38,568 bases of DNA. It comes from Klebsormidium nitens. Its lineage: Eukaryota > Plantae > Klebsormidiophyceae. A program made the position numbers and the translations under genes. The stretch spans positions 1 to 38,568 of the forward strand of contig DF237690.1 in assembly GCA_000708835.1 (NCBI GenBank), given 5' to 3'. Under the pieces are notes generated by a model. It was not told the DNA's origin and did no database searches. It worked only from the letters and a program-made list of their open reading frames with translations. Shown in pieces: positions 34,838-38,568 of the stretch (the stretch's first letter is position 1; the number at the start of each line of letters is the position of its first letter).

Positions 34838-36430
34838 TCCAGAATGAACAAAGCAAAGGAACACAGAACGTTTTTTGCTACCCAATGGAGAGGATGGCCT
34901 GGAAAGACACTTGCCTTGCAATAAGTCCTCGTCTCGGTCAGATAAATATTGCAGCCTTCCTGCTTATTCAGGACGTTTTATCATGTTGCCATTTCGTGGT
35001 TCGTTGAAGTCTGTCAAATTTCATGTCGCTTGAGGTCTGCAGGCTTTTGTATATAACCCTCAGTTTTTGGCCTCCGATAGTCGATGCCTGTTCTTCCGCG
35101 GCATCTTTGATTCTGGCCCTTCTTATCCAAGGCGATAACGAACTCGTTCTTGAACCCAGAGATATTCGACCCCAGTTTCCAGATCGTTTGCCTGCATTGT
35201 TTCTAATCTGATCAATATCGAAACTCCGGTTACGCGCTTAACACAAACCACCCTGACCTCAATCCCTTCGACGTTTCAGCGCAAGGCGCCCACCAAAGAA
35301 GGCTTGGAGACCAGCTCTGTTGACTCGTGGTCCTCAGACGGCTCCGTCAAGGCATGAGCTATGCGCGCGCTCCGCCTGGCGTAATGCGGCCACGAATCTG
35401 TTTGTAGAGTAGCGTGCACGACGGTGAAGACTGCATCTTATGACAGGACAGCAGGAGTCGGGTCTGTAGATAGGTATGAGGAGACAGCAGGTGTTGGGGT
35501 CACTACGAATAGCACAGCTTCCATTTACAAGAGGACCCAACCACTTGCAGTCGATGTCTCAATTGCAGAGAAGAATTGTATGTCGCGTCTTGTAAATTGT
35601 CAGCTGAAAATGACTTTGTGTAACCCGCCGCGTGGTCGCAGTGTCGAACAATCATTTGTATTTGTGCGCCGAAGCACCGGCGATCCACTTAGGTCTGTAC
35701 TTGTATCCGGCCTTCCGTCTCAATTGCCGCCTGCACGCGCTTATTGCGTCCATGCTGGGTTCGCAGAATTGGCGTTCAAAGACTTGATCTTAAGTCTGTA
35801 CTTATCAATGATGGTTTGGCCCGCATCGATGATCGAGTCGCATACTGTTGAGATCTCGATCATTGCATTCTGAAGCATGTCTTACGTGAAAGAGTGTTCC
35901 TGTAGGATCCCTCTTCACCGTTCCAAGACGCAACAGCCGCAGCTTTATCATCCTTTTCGATGTGTATCTTCCCTCAGAATACGCATCACGATGAGGGGGA
36001 GTGCGTGTCATCACTCCAGCCCTCCCACCTGGTAGATTTGAAAGCCGCCTCTCATAGCATATCAAAACATCCCGCAAGTCGGAGCTCTTAAGGACATTCA
36101 TGAGAAGCCTCGGAGTGCAAAAGACTTTCGAAGGCTGTCTGTATCCTGCATTTCGGTTCGCAGAAACATGTTGGAGTCGTACACAACACGTACGTGCAAA
36201 CAATCTGGCCATCTCTCAAATTGGTCTTTGAAGCGCCTTCTGATATCTAAGAACGTATCGTGTCAGCCAGAAGTGGATTGTCTAAGTGTTATAAGGTTGC
36301 CGTCGGCTATACAAGTCTTATCAGCATGCAATCCATCTGCAGCAAGCTCTACATTTGAACGATCAGACGCAAAAGTCGTCAGGCAAATTATATGGAGATC
36401 ACCTTGAAAGCGAAGAGGTCTTCAGAAATA

Positions 36431-38221
36431 TCATAAGCGCCACCTATCCGGCCTTCGCTTGAGATCCTTGGCCATTCTCAGGTCTACTTTCTTCAAGGAC
36501 TTGTCTAGCTTCCATCTGCTTACTACGTCAGGAAGCCCCCGCAAGTTAGGGCAGTCCAAGCAGAGGGACTCTAGATTCTTCCAAGCGACTAAAGTGACGG
36601 GTAGCTCTACGAGCTTGGAACTGCCGAGATGGAGACTCCTCATCTCTGTCCACATTCTAGCAGCCTCTGTTGGAATACCTTTTGAATCAAACGCCAGGAT
36701 CTCCAAGTTCTTGAGCTTCTTCCAACCGCCCGCACTGGAAGGAATACTGCGCAGCCTTGAAACGGACAAGTGCTCAAGGTTGCTCCAGGCACCTCCAACT
36801 TCTTCTGGTAGAGCAATAACCGACCCGCCTCCAGCCACCAAGCAGAGCCGCCGAAGATTCTTCCACTGCTTCACCTCTCGAGGCAATCGATCCAGTGCTT
36901 TGCAGCTGATACTAACCTCCTCAACCTGCCTCCACCCCTTCACAGCGCCAGGCAGGCTACGCAGCAAAGCACAATTCTTTATACTCACGTTCCGCAGACG
37001 CCTCCACTTACTGACCGCTCCAGGGAGCAACTTGAGTGGAGTATTGTGTATCTTGAGGGTCTCGAGGTTCTTCCACCCCCCAATTTGATCAGGCAGACCG
37101 TTCAAGGCGCCACAATCAGTCAGCACAACCTTCTTCACGTTTCTCCAGCCCTCAATTCCTTTTGATAGATCTTTTAAGCCGTTGCAATCTGCGAAGCTTG
37201 CTCTAACCAAGTAAGTCCAGTTCTCTACTTCCACAGGCAGCTCTGTGAGGCGTGGGATGCTTACGAAAGCAATCGATTCTGTACTGACCCATCCTTTGAC
37301 AGCACTGGAGAGCTCGAACAGCTGCAGCTCTCTGAAACTTGCGATCTTTAAAGACCTCCAATCGCAGGCAGAGATCGGAAGCGTTGTGAAGTTAGGACAC
37401 AATGCAATGGCTAGATGACGCAGGTTTGTCCAAAAGCCAACCTCAAAAGGAAAAGTCTCCAAGTCTTCTACATTCTCCAGCTCAAGCACTTCAAGGTGCA
37501 CCCAGCAGCCGACTTCTGGTGGCAAGGACCTTACATTTACGTCTGTTAGGTGGAGCTTTTTGAGATCCTTCCAATTTGCAACCTCCCTTGGAAGCCCGCC
37601 GACCGTTGTACGCCTACACCCTCTTAACCGCAGTTCTTGCAATTTGTGCCAAGTTCCCAAGGTGGAAGGTAACAAGGCCAGTCCTGGCTGTAGGGTGACG
37701 TCCAGATTCTGCAAGTTTGTCCAGTTCCATACCTGTGAGCCCTGCGTTTGAGAATCCAAGACAAAATGTCCAGAAACAACGATCGTCTCCACAAGACTCC
37801 AATTACCCCCAAGACGAAGCTTGGTCTCTGTTCCGGACTGAGCATGAGGTCCCGAGGTAACTTGACTTTCGAATCGGAAATGCTTCAGGCCCTGGAACAT
37901 GTTCCAGGGCCAAGAGAAGCTCAGAACCGGACTTGCTCGAAAGTTCACACCCTCTGCGTTAGGGAACAGCTTCAGGAGGCGTTCCAAACGTTGTGCCGGT
38001 TGCAGGTTTGGCCACTTGCGAGCGTCAAGGTCAATGACAAGCCGTCTTGCTGCGCTTCTTCCGACAGTGCACCACTCTTTGCAGACGCTCGTGAAGCTTT
38101 TCAGCTCCCGAGCAGAACCACCGTTGGTTTGTTCAAGGCATCTCGCTATCAGGGCGAGGAGTTCAGAGGGCAAGCAAGAGATGTCTGCTTCATCCTTTTT
38201 GCCAAAACCCAGAGGCGCCAT
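36431..38221 (-). CDS. Intronless F-box/LRR protein, 596 aa
   Basis: Single long ORF. N-terminal F-box-like motif (ISCLPSELLALIARCL...ELKSFTSVCKEW) followed by ~17 tandem 23-24-aa LRRs of the form LPxxVxxWxxLxxLxL. Confidence 0.85.
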   Translation of the reverse strand: MAPLGFGKKDEADISCLPSELLALIARCLEQTNGGSARELKSFTSVCKEWCTVGRSAARRLVIDLDARKWPNLQPAQRLERLLKLFPNAEGVNFRASPVLSFSWPWNMFQGLKHFRFESQVTSGPHAQSGTETKLRLGGNWSLVETIVVSGHFVLDSQTQGSQVWNWTNLQNLDVTLQPGLALLPSTLGTWHKLQELRLRGCRRTTVGGLPREVANWKDLKKLHLTDVNVRSLPPEVGCWVHLEVLELENVEDLETFPFEVGFWTNLRHLAIALCPNFTTLPISACDWRSLKIASFRELQLFELSSAVKGWVSTESIAFVSIPRLTELPVEVENWTYLVRASFADCNGLKDLSKGIEGWRNVKKVVLTDCGALNGLPDQIGGWKNLETLKIHNTPLKLLPGAVSKWRRLRNVSIKNCALLRSLPGAVKGWRQVEEVSISCKALDRLPREVKQWKNLRRLCLVAGGGSVIALPEEVGGAWSNLEHLSVSRLRSIPSSAGGWKKLKNLEILAFDSKGIPTEAARMWTEMRSLHLGSSKLVELPVTLVAWKNLESLCLDCPNLRGLPDVVSRWKLDKSLKKVDLRMAKDLKRRPDRWRL

Positions 38222-38568
38222 TTTTTGCTGATCTGCTGCAAGCTAGCTCGAGTCTGCCTAGCTTAGTAACTAGCTGCTCTAGTTGAAAGAGCTCGCGACT
38301 GATACGGCGGATTTTGCGTGGGTTGGAACTTGGGGGACGAGCGGGCTTGCATTCACGACCGTTCATTCTGCCACCACTGACAGATGGCACGGTTCAGATC
38401 GTTTATCTTCGATTCTAAGCGAAGGCTCGGCTCAGGGACCTGGTCCCGAAGGCCGGTACCTAGCTGGAGGCCAGTTTGCACTCTTAGCATCTCATTTATT
38501 CGGACGGCTGTACTGATCTTGTAACAAGTGCATGTGCGGCCGCCTGGTCAAGAAGATAGCAATGAGCA

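Noticed and set aside
35334-36407. Gene or pseudogene between the WWE and F-box genes (ORFs 35424-35873 and 35805-36212, a YKYRPK HMG-like word, and a 36-bp-period short repeat at 35447/35483)
   Set aside because: I could build no consistent exon chain or domain. The apparent GT..AG at ~35870-35886 is only 16 nt, too short for an intron.
36459-37088. 209-aa plus-strand ORF (and 37748-38266)
   Set aside because: Antisense to the F-box/LRR CDS and without independent support.
1-38568. tRNA, rRNA, snRNA or telomeric repeats
   Set aside because: I recognised no cloverleaf, rRNA or snRNA signature and no telomere tract by eye. A tRNAscan-SE/Infernal run would be needed to exclude small RNAs.

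Overview
Eukaryotic, intron-rich genomic DNA with spliceosomal GT-AG introns and plant-type genes. A streptophyte alga such as Klebsormidium is my inference, not something the sequence proves. I assembled six gene models by hand and checked exon phases. They are: (1) FGGY-family pentulose (D-ribulo)kinase, minus strand, 13 exons, 1270-8617; (2) sterol 4-alpha-methyl oxidase SMO2, plus strand, 5 exons, 9608-13696; (3) tomosyn/Lgl-like WD40 protein with a C-terminal R-SNARE-like motif, minus strand, 22 exons, 18076-30602; (4) a small 7-exon LRR protein ending only 109 bp upstream of the tomosyn ATG; (5) a WWE-domain protein with a probable GC-AG first intron and uncertain 3' end; (6) an intronless F-box/LRR protein whose repeats nearly all carry Trp. 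Two low-confidence membrane-protein ORFs lie at 15.5-16.3 kb. The most striking feature is recurrent tandem duplication anchored on splice sites, seen at six sites in three genes. The best case is an 8-copy, ~130-bp-period array (19349-20335) in tomosyn intron 19, where each unit is a copy of the 3' splice site plus the first ~55 nt of exon 20. It looks CRISPR-like but is exon-derived. I found no RNA genes, cas genes or intact transposase.
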